Below, piece after piece: positions 1 through 12,555 of a stretch of 64,000 nt of DNA. The stretch is taken from contig JALMLS010000466.1 in assembly GCA_038496445.1 (NCBI GenBank), positions 867,449 to 931,448 on the forward strand. Reading direction: 5' to 3'. The first letter of the stretch is position 1; every line of letters starts with the position of its first letter. The notes below the pieces were generated by a model. That model made no database searches and was not told the origin of the DNA. It saw nothing but the letters and a program-made list of their open reading frames with translations. Origin of the DNA: Trichosphaerium sp. ATCC 40318 (Eukaryota > Protista > Tubulinea). The position numbers and the translations under genes are program-made.

Positions 1-264
1 GATGCATCAGAATTTGTTTGTACGTGCTTCAGTGAAACTCCCTTCCAAAACAAACCGTTTACCTTTTCGCTAGTGTTCGGTTTACTATGTTTCACAGTAA
101 TCATTATTGCAGTTCTATTAGTTTATATTATCTATTTGTCTTACCGCAAACGCGTACGAAGCGAATAACTATGGCACGATTTTTGTTTACTCACTTTAGA
201 AATAAACGCCCTCAACAAACTCCACAGCGTTGGGAAAGATACAGTGAGCGACAAGACGCAATAA
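1..264 (+). CDS. 3' end of an upstream multi-exon membrane protein gene (partial)
   Basis: Spliced exons give DASEFVLFGLLCFTVIIIAVLLVYIIYLSYRK, a TM helix plus basic residues. The stop is at 205 or 264 depending on the donor used. Confidence 0.45.
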
Positions 265-558
265 AAATGTTGTACAACAATTTTGAGGTTGTTTTGTAGT
301 TTTTTTTTGTGCTGACGTATAATTGGCAACATCAGTTCAAGCGTTACCAACGACATGTGGTGGCGGTTTGAAATGAAAAAAAATACGCAAAAACTGTTGT
401 GAACTACCAAATCAAAAAGATCGGGCATGATCGTACTGTGCGAAGTCGGACTGGTAGTCCAAGAAAGAAACAAGCCTTTGAACAAAAGGAGACTCGTTGG
501 GGAAAAAAACGTACGACTTTTTATAAAATAGCGCAGTCAGTATCAATAGCTCCTCATA

Positions 559-3500
559 ATGAGTCTTTTGTTTACTGGAGTGTCTAGATTAGGCCTACGC
601 GCCAATAGACAAAGAACTGCAGTCGCTACTTCAGCGACTAGCAGTTCGCTTTCCTCCTCGCGGCACCACATTGGAGGTGTTACGAAACCAACAAAGTTCA
701 AGACTTGGACAACTAGGCCAACCTTTTCGATTAGAGGATATTCTTCAGGTATTATAGCGAAACGCGCTTTAAACTAACTATGGGTACACTAGCTGGGCAA
801 TTTTCGGAGCAAGAAGCAAGCATGGTTACTGCTGCTTGGCAAGGAGATTTAGAGGCGGTACGGCGTTAGAAACTCATAGGAGCTTATTCGCAAAAGGTTA
901 AAGCAGCGATTGAAAAAGGCGTTAACGTTAATGGAAGTGATTACGACGGTAGAACAGCGTTGCATCTTGCTTGCGCTGGGGTACGTTTTTACAGAATCTC
1001 GACGCAGATGATTGAATTGTTTTCTTTAGGGACACATGGAGCTAGTAAAGTTTTTGGTAAAAAGTGGTGCCAAGGTTAATATAAAGGACAGATGGCACAA
1101 TACACCACTTCAAGATGCTTTACTTGGCAAACACGACTCTTTGATAAAGTAAGTTCTTTTTTCAACTCGTACAGCCCAACAACTGACGCAATCGTAGGCA
1201 TTTGCGTACTATGGGAGGTAGTATCTCTTCTGCACGCGCAGAGGAAATGCCATCGCTATTTTGTGGCGCTGCAAATGAGGTACGGCTCGTTTAGTTTATT
1301 TTTTTCTAAAATGTGGTAAAAGGGCAACATCGAAGAGATGAACCGTCTCGTTGAAACAGGAGCTGAAGTTGATAAAGGTGATTACGATATGCGTACACCA
1401 CTCCATTTAGCAGTTTCAGAAGGCCACGAACAGGCCGTTAAATGGCTCCTTGATCACGGTATGATATTTTTTTTTACCTTAAGCGTAAAATTCTCTTAAA
1501 TCTGCGAGTGTGCGCTAATAATTGTTAGGTGCTTCACCACAAGTTGTCGATAGATTTGGTTTTACGCCATTGATGGTAGCACAACAAAAAGAGAATTCGT
1601 AAGAGAAATATTAGGTAACCTTTAGACTCACTTTCGGCTTTGTAGAAATTTGGCAACTCTCTTAACACAACATGGCGCAGATGCAAGTGCTTATGACGTA
1701 TACGCTTTCAGACATACTGCTGAATTCCGTACAACACTTGAACTCAGCTTACCTTTAATCGCTGAAAGAGGTATACGCTATTTTTTTTTTTTTTCATTGT
1801 ATTTTTCTAACATTTTAAAAATAGCTGGCTTTGACTACATCGAGGTTTGGGGTCCTACTGCTGATGGTTCTCAGTTGAAACTCTTCCAAGAATGGTTAGT
1901 ATCTATTGTATAGTTAGCCTTGCTAATACTGACCGCGTTTAGCGCTTATTCTCCAGCGTATCAAACTAATATTCAAGAATTTCGTTCAACTCAAGATTCT
2001 TTCAAAGTTAAAAAAGGAGAAGGACTACTAGGTTCTGCATGGACTTTAAGTAAACCAAAGGCTTTCAAAACTATGAAAGATGCAGTATGTACTTTGTATT
2101 TTAACTGCTACATTAATGAATGATTAGAAACTTGGTAGTAGAGGCAAGACAATTGAAGCTATTGGCATGAACTCAGGTACACTTTTAAACAAGAATTGAG
2201 CAATGTGCTCATCCTGATTTTTAGGTGTTATGATACCTGTTAAGGATCAAGGAGATGCCTATTTGGTTCTCGCTTGTTTTACTGAACTTGACACATGCGC
2301 TACTGATAAAAAGCTTGCTGCTGATTGGCCTCGCTTTAGCGTTTTCCTAAATGGACTTATCTCTGCTGGAGTATTCAGAGAAGGTGTACGTGAAACAAGT
2401 TTTATTTTTTTATCATAATCTGACTATGTACACAATAGGAACCGGAGTTTTCTCCTTTAGCAAACAGATTTGAGTATAATATACCATCCAATCAAATGGC
2501 ATCAGTATTTAGACATATTGTACAGCAAGGTGTCTTCTCACCAAGCACAGTTTATGCTGAAGTAGATCAATTTTATAATCTTGATATTCAACCATATTAT
2601 TTCGAGAGATTCTCGGATGTTGTACGTCAAGTGTTGCTTCATACTGTCTTTCTCAAATTTTGGTTCTAACTCAATTTTCAAGACCATTGCAAGACATATT
2701 CATGCGTTTATAGCCGCCAGAAAATTAGCACAAGCCACTGGTGACTATGATAGTATAAAGTTAGAACACCAAAATGTTGTAAGTGTTTGTTTTCTTTTGT
2801 TTTTTTCTTTAACATTGAAACTTTCTCACGTGATTTAGGAGGAAGGAAGTGCTTTTTACATGATTCCATACGAACGCTCTGCTATTGTGCGTATACTTTT
2901 AAACCACACAGGAACCTCACAACGCTTTGTAGGAAAAAGTAGAAAAAGAACTTGAACGTTTGATTGGAAAATTACCTGAGGGCGTTTCGTATACATTGAC
3001 TTGCTTGTCCGACGAAGAAATGGTAAGTAGCTTGATTACCAATACTATAAATATTTACGTATGCTACAGCACATGCCTGGAAGCAGTCAACGATTGTGTA
3101 TGTACATATTTGACTCTGGTGACTATGTCAACCCAAATCCAAAGAAGGGAGAAGCAGAGCTTACTCAGTTATGCTCTAAGAGATTCTTGAAAGAAAAACC
3201 AGAAGAAATCCAAGCAAAGTACGTCATTACCTAAAAGTTGAAAAAAAAAAGAAAAGACAGAGTCATAGAAAAGCTAATTGTTTCTTTAGATACGCAGCTA
3301 TTGTGGATAGAACCGGAAAAAAACTTGCACCAATTATTGAGCAATACGCTGATCATCATCCAGAGGATGGGTACAAACTACCTTCCCTTGCAAAGACTGT
3401 GGTTTATTAACACTTCTTCGTTTTTAGTACAATCCCTATTATGTTTGGATTTAAAAAGACTGTAAGATCATCTCGTTACTTTGCTACTATCACAGAATGC

Positions 3501-6500
3501 TTGCATTCAAGTGGTATTAAAGTATCACGGAAGTTTATTGAAACTTTCTCTAATGACGTTGTCGCGTACAGTTTCTACCTTGACAGGGGAACTCCAAAAG
3601 AAAAGGTACTTTCCGCAGTACTTTAATACAAAGTCTTTGCTTACAATTTTTCTTCAAAGGTACAAGATGTACTAACGATGATTTCACTTATGCACTTGAT
3701 CCCTAATTCTGCTCTCACTGGAGCTTTCTTCAATGGGTACTGTAGTCTTGTATGAACAGTTGTAGTCCAATTAATTGCTATTTAGAGATTTATCTATTCA
3801 AGAATACGCTTATGTATCGTCTGCTGGACGTGTCATCTTCTACTTTTTGAACAAGAGAAGTGAGGAATTCAACTTGATTGCTGAGTCACTCAAGGTATTT
3901 TGTTCAACCCTTGTTACAACTACTTTGATTAATTGTGTACCTTAGCATGATCCTGTAGCTTTAGGAAGACTTTCTCTGTTACAACAACGTCTCAAAGCAG
4001 AGGCAGTATCACAAGGCATGATCTTTGGTACCTGCATGGAGTACAAAGAAATTACATCCAAGATTTACAACAACTTTAAGAAGAAGGTATTGGTTCTTTC
4101 TGTGGTTTAGCAGGCTCTCACTTATTCTTGTTTTTAGAATGCCAGCGATTCAGAAGAGATTAGCAAGCTCATCAGAGAAGAGGTAAGTTGAACGCTTAAA
4201 TAATTAATTAAGAATGATTTATTTTATAGGTTGACTCTCCTTTCCAACGCAGCGTTCTTGAAGCTTTGTTGTTGTTTAATGACTGTGTACAGAAACACAA
4301 TTTCTTCACTTACAGGTAAACCCTCGCTTTTATTGTCTGTGGTCTAATCACTGGTGTAGAAAAGCTGCCATCTGTTATCGCTTGGGTGGCAACATGTGTG
4401 AAGGCACATATGACCCAAAACCATACGGATTCTTTTTCGTAATGGCTTCTGACTTCCAAGGTTTCCATATCCGCTTTGAAGATGTTGCTCGTGGTGGTAT
4501 TAGGATTATTAGATCCAACAGCGGTCAGGTAAACATCTATCATTTGTAACTAAGGCCACGTGATTTTGATTAACTGTTTTAGGTATACAATCACAACTTG
4601 ACAACTTTGTTCGCCGAAAATTATGGTTTGGCTTACACTCAGAATAAAAAGAACAAGGATATTCCAGAGTTTGGTTCTAAAGGTATGGTTTTTTTTATTG
4701 CCAGTCGTTAGGACCCTCGCTAACGCTACTAAAGGTACTATTCTCTTACGTTATGATGCCAAGCAAAAAGGACCTGTTGATACATTCCCTCCTTTCCAAA
4801 AGTATGTATCAGGTCTGCTTGATGTTTGTATTCCAGAGCACCCTGGTATTGTTGATAACTCTGGTAAGACATCACCTATTTGTTTGTTTCTTTTATACTC
4901 ACTTTGTTTTGCCAAGGCAAACAAGAAGACGAGATTCTTTTCTTAGGACCTGACGAGGGTACAGCCGATTACATGGAATGGTAAGAAAATAATCTGTTTG
5001 ACATTTAATGCTTATAAATCTTTACTCTAGGGCTTCCCGTTACTCACAACGTCGTGCATACAAGTACTGGCGTGCTTTTACTACTGGTAAACCAGCTACA
5101 ATGGGTGGTATTCCTCATGATGTTTACGGTATGACTACACGAAGTGTAAGGAAATATGTTGAAGGTTGTCTCGAGAAACTTGGCTTAAAACAAGAAGAGG
5201 TACAACTTTTGTTTATACGTGCTTTGTACAGATTACTAACTATAGTTTTGTATAGACTACTAAGCTTCAAACTGGAGGACCAGACGGAGATCTTGGTTCT
5301 AATGAGATTCTCATGTCAAGTGAAAAGACTATTGGTATTGTTGATGGTTCTGGTGTTCTATACGATCCTCAGGGTATTGATCGTACTGAACTCACAAGAT
5401 TGGCAAAAGAAAGGAAGATGGGTAATAGCTTTGATATGTCAAAGATTGGTGAAGGTGGTTTCTTTGTTGGATTGGAGGTACATGACCATTTTGTCCTTTG
5501 GGTTTTTTTGAAGACAAAGTTACTTAACATGCTTATTAGGACCGTAATGTAACCTTACCTAATGGTGATACTGTAGCTTCTGGTGTTGAATTCAGGTATG
5601 TCAGCTTTTATTTGGTCGTTCTTTATTGCTTTCTTACAAGTACCCTAGAAACACATTCCATTTGAACCCTCTTGCTCAAGCTGATGTATTTGTACCTTGT
5701 GGTGGAAGACCTGGAAGTGTTACATTGCACAATGTTGGTCAATTGATTAACAAGAATGGCACACCAAGATTTAAGGTTGTCGTTGAAGGAGCCAATCTTT
5801 TCTTGACACAAGACGCTAGAATGGTTCTTGAAGAAGCCGGTGTTGTTGTTTATAAAGATGCTTCTGCTAATAAGGGTACGCCCATAGTGTTGTATTTATT
5901 GTATTAACGTGTTCTAGGTGGTGTTACAGCATCTTCACACGAAGTTTTGGCTGCCTTGGCAATCCCTGAAGATCTCTTTGAAACACACATGTGTGCTAAC
6001 AAAGACGGTAAAACACCAGAATTTTATGATGTACGTTGTTTGGGGTTTTCTCTTCTTCTTCTTCTTTGTCGGATTCCATCTTTACTTACTCTATGGGATA
6101 GAAATATGTCAAAGAAGTATGTACTGCTATTGAAAGCAATGCTAGAGGAGAGTTTGATTGCATATGGAAAGGTAAAATAGCCTCAATATGATGTTGATAG
6201 TTAACTTTGTGGTTTTTTAGAAAAAGAACGAAGCGGCGAACCACATTACCTTATTACAGATACATTAAGTGACCGTATTAATAATCTTGCCAATTCTATA
6301 TATGCAGCTGAGTCATTATGGAAGAATGAAGAGTTAAAGAAATCAGTCCTATCCAAGGTAAGTTAAACTTAAGTTTCTTGTTTTTTTGCTAATTGGAATA
6401 CCATAGGCTATTCCAAAATCTCTTCAAGACTTGATTACTCTTGAGATAGTCATGGAACGTGTACCTCCAGCATACCTAAGGACCATCTTTAGCACGTACA

Positions 6501-6586
6501 TTGCAAGCAATTACGTCTACAAGTTTGGTATATCTGCTCCTGAAATCGATTTCTTCACATTCTTGCATGACTTACAACACAAGTAA
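559..6586 (+). CDS. Large NAD-specific glutamate dehydrogenase (GDH2-type) with N-terminal mitochondrial presequence, ankyrin repeats and GAF-like domain; ~35 introns
   Basis: Arg/Ser-rich N-terminus; ankyrin motifs DYDGRTALHLAC and DYDMRTPLHLAVSEGH; GAF-like GEGLLGSAW segment; GDH motifs EVDQFYNL, GFHIRFEDVARGGIRLL, NKDIPEFGSKG, FLGPDEGTA, FTTGKPATMGGIPHDVYGMTT, QTGGPDGDLGSNE, VPCGGRP, VVEGANLF, KDASANKGGVTASS; stop AAG TAA at 6586. Confidence 0.92.
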
Positions 6587-6891
6587 GCGGTTGAAGTGAG
6601 GATCAGTGTCTTTAACATAAAATTATCAAAGTATTTACTGTATGTACCATTACGTAATAGTAGTACCTCTAAATACCATTTGGATATTCAAATAAATAAA
6701 TAGAAACAAGCCTTTACAAAAGGAGTTAAACGCAACATGTCGAATCGTTTACTTAATACCAGTCTCTTGACTTAATTCTGCGGCCGATTTTCGCTTGTTA
6801 AGCATACCTGTTGTTGTCCAAGGCTCAAACAATACTTATAGTACTATTTGATATTGATTAGACGTCTTTTGTATTAAATAACTATTAGATT

Positions 6892-8207
6892 ATGCTTCGC
6901 GTATTTGCTGCTACTCCTGGACGCGCTCGTGGCGCTTTATCAGCGCGCAGTTACCATGTTATTTCGTCTAGGCGTAAATTCAACGTCAAAACCGCCAACC
7001 AGCGCTCGAATGTACGACGCAGCGACAAGGCAGTGTCATGTCGTTATTATGGATTTTTTAGTGGTGAAGGCACGTAAACACTCATCTCACGCATAGTAAC
7101 GCATTTATAGACCAGAAGAACGAAACCGCTACTAACAAAACTGAAGCTGAACCAATTACGGAAGAAACCATTAGCGAAGCCCGTGTAGTAAATATACTTC
7201 TAAAAGATCCTTTCCTAAGACCATCAAACGAAGACAGCATAGTAATTTACACCAAAACGTCAGTAGACTCGAACCGCCTAATGCTGCCTCTCATGTGGCC
7301 TCTTATGGGTGTAGTAATGACTGGTGTTACAGAAATAATGTTTCCTGGCATTAACGTGTACAGCGAGTACTTTGTACGTTAGTAGAAGGCGTAAAACAAA
7401 CCACATCCGTGACATCTCAGTTAAACGTCAAACTTTATTTGTTTTTAACCCTGACGCTCACCACTATCTTAGTTGGCTTTCTACCTTGGTATGGGTGTAT
7501 CTAATGGCCTTATTAACAGCGCGCATGCTGTTAAGATTGAATATGATAGAGCGGAGAAGGTAGTAGCCGTAACGACTTTTAAACGCACCTATTTCTTGGG
7601 TCTTATTGCTAATTTACTCAATGGTGATGCTACATTACGCGATGAGAAGAATCTTAAAACAAAAAAGATACCTCTAGCAGAGTAAGGATTTTTTTTTGTT
7701 TTCAAGAACAGCTTGTTTTATGCGCTTAGATTGTATTATTTATTCTGTACTTATACTATATAGCTTTGTCGTAGATATTAATAAGAGATCTAAATCAGTA
7801 ACACAGCTACTAGAGGATCACTATGAAAAAAAAGGTTAGTTCTTTGTTTATGACATTTCCGGGTTTTTTTTTCGTCCGCCAAAGTCAAGAACTTTAACTC
7901 CCTTTGTTTCCCACCCTTTTTAATTGATGATGTGATGTCATACTCATTATGTTTAGTTACACAACCTTTCACCTTTCACCGTGCAATTCAAGGGAGCGTG
8001 ATACCTATCATTGGGTTGGCATCTAATCTTGAAGATGTTTTTATTGATGATCAAGCTCTATCTTATGTTTTGAGTGGAGATGATTTACCTCAAGATTTTG
8101 AACCTGATTTACAAGAAATTCTTAAAACAAATGAACCAATAGAAGATACAAGGGACAAACGTGGTAATAATAGTGATGACAAAGCAAACAATGAAAAAAA
8201 AAACTAA
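6892..8207 (+). CDS. Uncharacterised mitochondrial membrane protein (possibly TMEM70/186/223-like)
   Basis: Arg-rich presequence, two hydrophobic segments, then VKIEYDRAEKVVAVTTF and an acidic C-terminus. The first intron is GC-AG (7070-7110). The family assignment is tentative. Confidence 0.5.
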
Positions 8208-8521
8208 ACAAAGGAAAAAAAACCGTGCAAGCAGCACTTACACAAGTCTCACTCACACTCGCTTTTTATCCCTTGAAATTTCCTGAAAATCCAATAATTA
8301 TGTGCTCCGATTACATCATGATGACGTTTGCGCTGTGCTTGTACCTCATGCAATGTAAAAAAAAAAAGATAAAACAGAATTTGTTCTCACTTTTGTATTT
8401 TTATCACTGTACAAAACAGACAAGGATTATGAGAAAACAGTATTATTAAGGACTATTTACAAGTTCGATACAAAATGATATGATAATGAAGGTGACTTTA
8501 ATCTTATTTTGACTTTGGAAG

Positions 8522-10157
8522 TTACTCAGGTACATATCCAGTAAGCTAAAGACCATTAACAAACTAATGAAGATAACAAAAAAAACGGGAGAAAATTACC
8601 TCAGAACACCACTTCCAGAAGGCATCATCTTGAATTGTAGTGCTTTTTGTGCTTGCCCAGCTATAAATTAAAGTTAGTTTAATCAAATATAAAATACGCT
8701 GAAGAGTGTTACTGAGACCAAAAAAATAAAGTAACAAACTTACCTTAGATGCTTTTGCTCCAGTTGCCTATCTCTAAAAAACTCTCCATTGAAGCTCTTT
8801 TTCAAATTATCTGTAGCAGCTACAAGAAAAGGATAAATAAACAAAACTATTAAGTCAACAATAAAAAACATACCTAGCCAGCAAATAGTGTCGGCACCTT
8901 GTTCTGGTGTTCTGAATTTATTCTAAGAAAAAGAGTCAATAACAATACATCCATCGAGTTTGTTTTGTTGTAGAGTCGCCAGTTTTCTTTTACTTGACAT
9001 TGACAAACGTGCGACACGTTTCCGCGGGTGTTTGGATTAAAAAAGCTATGGAAATTTGAAAAAAAAAAAAGTACCTTGAGTTTCTTGTAGAAACCAGGCA
9101 TAGATCTCTTTACGCCAGGTGTCTCTGCCCATCCTGGGTGCATTGCATAAAATCCAATACCTGAGCTTCCATATAGTTCAGCGAATTTTTCTGTTAATAC
9201 AAGCTGATGGCGTTTTGTTCTAGATTTCTTTGATTAGAAATAAATCCAAGAAAATCCAAAAAAAAAACAAAAGAGAAAAAAACATCCATTGTCTTCTTAC
9301 CTTGCGTATTGTTTTGTGCCATTGAAGTTCCTTGGGTTTTTAGGTTCATAGTTATCTCTAATCAAAAGTTTCTCTGTAAGAGCGCCACCAGATGTTACAA
9401 AAATGACACTAGAAGAAAAGTCAACACAAAGCAAAAAAGGTAAAAAAAACACCCCAAAAACATTGTGTAACACTCACCGTGCATCATCACTCTTTGAGAG
9501 CACTGGTATTAACAAATGTGTTAATAGATAATTAGACATGCTATTAATTGCTAATGTAGACTCCATTCCATCAATCTCTGCTCTGTTTTTGACCATAACA
9601 CCTGAATACAAACTGTCAGTTTCTTTCGCTTTTTTTTACTTTTCATAGGCTTGTAAGATAATAAAAAATATCTTGGACGTACCAGCATTATTGACTAGAA
9701 CGTCTAGAGGTGTATCGGCGGTTGTAAAGTCCTCTACAAATTTGCGAATTTGAGCAAAATTCCCAACGTCACAAATGTGGAGATGGACATCATCGTTGCC
9801 TGTGTCCTCTATAATTTGATCTTTTGCGTCGTTTCCACGCTTTTCGTTACGGCAAAGCTGAGTAATGTTAGATAACGTTTAAACGTAGAATTATACCATA
9901 TGTACGGTTCCTCCCTGTTGTGCGAGGAAGTGGGCAGCACTAAAACCAAGGCCAGAGTTCGCTACAAGTTGTTTTTCCGATTGTCGGAGAAATTAAAGTA
10001 AAAACATCCATAACATACCTCCAGTGATTAAGAATGAGCGGTTTGTTAACTTTTTAGCTGATAGGTCTTCCCAATCGCTTTTAGCTTCAGCTTTCTCATA
10101 AGATTGTCTTGTAAAGGAGGAGAATCCGTAATAAAGAAACTGTCCGGTCGCTAGCAT
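8522..10157 (-). CDS. Short-chain dehydrogenase/reductase, DHRS12-like
   Basis: LITGANSGLG Rossmann motif, VNNAG, VTSGG, YARTK, MHPGWAETPGVKRSMPGFY, GEFFRDR; ends LTGYVPE*. Confidence 0.85.
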
Positions 10158-10374
10158 AGTTTCAAGAGTTATGTAAATTTATTTCACCGACTTTGGTTGA
10201 CTTAGCGAATTCTGTTTCAAAAGGATAATCTATTCTCCGACAATGGTAATAATGGCTCTTATCTACAAGTATAGGTAGGTACACAAGACAAAAGCTTAAG
10301 ACGTTAGTGTTAATAATGAGGAATCTGACATGCTACAGAAACATCCTAGTATTGTTTTCACTGCGTAGACAAGG

Positions 10375-11700
10375 TTAATGAGAGTATAATAGCGTGAATA
10401 TGTTTATTCTTAAAGATTCTATTTTCACATCAATAGTACACTGTGATATGCAGAATATTGTACCAAACTGTCGTTCTTTCAAGATCATTTTGTATTGGTC
10501 TGCCTATTAAACACTAGGAGTCCGGTCCTTCTTCTTGTTCATTCCGAAAAACGTACACAAAGTGCACTGTATCTGTAGTAATAGTAGTGTCCTAAAGTAC
10601 TTTTTGTAAGTCGTAACCTTAACCCCAACTTTTTTTGGATTGGTTAATGTAAAAACCACAGTCTGCGTTTGCGTAAGTAGAATTGTGGCCCACACGTTCA
10701 GCATCACCAAAGAAAGATTCACTATTCTCCTGATTCCACTCTTCTTTTACAGGTTCAGCGAATGCTTGCAACACAACTACATTTTGAGCTAAAGGGACTT
10801 TCATAAGAGGATTGTCCTGATAGTCGCAAGAATAATCGCCTATCCAGCATTCTTTCTTGATTAAAAACACACGTAAGCATAGAAACCAAAGGAATTAAAT
10901 TAAAAAAAGAGAATAAAACTTGTCGTGCAGAAATAGTGGCGGGTTTTTTTTAACTTACTTGATATTTGCTAATGTAGTTTTCCCAAATATCGGATGCTGA
11001 TAACACCCTAGTAGTAATAGGCGTTGCAGTAACTGAGAATCCTTTGGCTTTTTTAATAAGTTGAGAAATAATCGCATCTCGTCCATGTAGAAGCGGGCCA
11101 GACTCATTCTCAAGTGACTTAATACTATACATAAAAATCAGAAAAATAAAGGAAAAAAAGTATACAAAGAAACGAGTACCTGTATTAATTCTTAAGCAAT
11201 AAGATCATACCCTTCGGTTGAGGGTCTTTTGCTTAGTAAGCGATTTGGTATGAGCCTTTAAATGGAGGCATACTTTGTCTGCTAGAGATGCTAAGTAATT
11301 AAATTCATTGTTATGTTCTTCTATAGCGTCTTCGCCATAAATAAAGCATTCTGGAGCAGCTTAGATTATTAAATAGCATAAAGTACATCTAGACCTTTTG
11401 ACAGTGATAGTAAAAATTATCAGTTTTCTATTCTTACCAATTAGATTTAGAATAGAATATTCGCCTTTTTTCCAACTCTTTGCCTTGGTAGACGCACCAA
11501 TAGCTGACACATTCTGTACGTTACTGTGTTAGCAGCTAATTCTCTGTTGATGCGAGTACATACATCCTTATAAATGCAGCACGTGATTGGTTTAGTAAGT
11601 TAACACCATTGCTAGTTCTTGGTTCCACGTGTTTTTTTTTTGTTGCAAAGCCGGCAGTTACTTTATGGCAGAGACTTCTTAAACTGTTAACAACATGTGA
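10375..11700 (-). CDS. Hypothetical multi-exon protein
   Basis: Several open exons (10619-10870, 10950-11132, 11200-11360) are joined by GT-AG introns. No recognisable domain; start and stop are uncertain. Confidence 0.45.
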
Positions 11701-11844
11701 CTTATGCGCGAGCCGTCAACGGCCTACACAAGACTCTGTTCTAAATTAAAGCGGAGGACTCTTGTCTGACCTTACATTTTATATCCCTTGAACATCACTT
11801 GTACTCACTATTGTTAAGAGTAATACGTAATCAGCATCAACTCA

Positions 11845-12340
11845 ATGGCTGAGGAGAACAAAAAACGCATTGATGGAACGAGAATGAAAGTACCTTTGGC
11901 AAAAGGCAAGGGATTAGCGCAATGGATGCGTTTAATATCCAAAGAGAATAATTTGACAGGTATTGAGACACTTCGCACTGTTTAAAGCCTGTTCGATATA
12001 AAAAGCGTTTTTAGGCGTAAAGAGAGGTCCAATCACTAAGGAAGAGGTTAAGAAGCACAAAACAGACGAAGATTGTTGGATTATTTTGAACGGTAATGTT
12101 TACAATGTTACTGAGTACCTAGATTACCACCCTGGAGGTACAATCACTGCTATAATTTAGTTTATAATTAGTCCGCTTTTACAAACTCCTAACACTTCTT
12201 CAGGACGTCCTAAATTAATGATGGCAGCCGGGAAAGATGCCACCAGCTTATTTAACAAATATCACGCTTGGGTGAACTACCCCTTGCTACTAAAGCCGTG
12301 TCTGATCGGCCCTCTCGATAAATCAGCACCATCAGCGTAA
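11845..12340 (+). CDS. Cytochrome b5-like heme-binding protein (CYB5R4 N-terminus/Irc21-like)
   Basis: [63 protein letters not shown]; 2 introns. Confidence 0.9.
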
Positions 12341-12555
12341 AAAATGAGCATCAAATGTACAGTACATCAATATAAGATCAATCTTAATAGTAACGAGTTG
12401 GTTGCATGGAGTGTACAGCGCCTTCATCCAATGTACTTTCATTGAAGACTTCAACACTCAGAAATCGGCGTAAGCACGGCAAAAGTTACAAAAAGAAGTA
12501 CATAGAACATCTTTATGCTTGTGACAGAATACAAATTGTTTACTTTTACACGCTC

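Noticed and set aside
87-587. Short ORFs in the track at the window start
   Set aside because: They cross intron/UTR/promoter sequence and show no motifs; the real coding portion is the spliced 3' end of an upstream gene.
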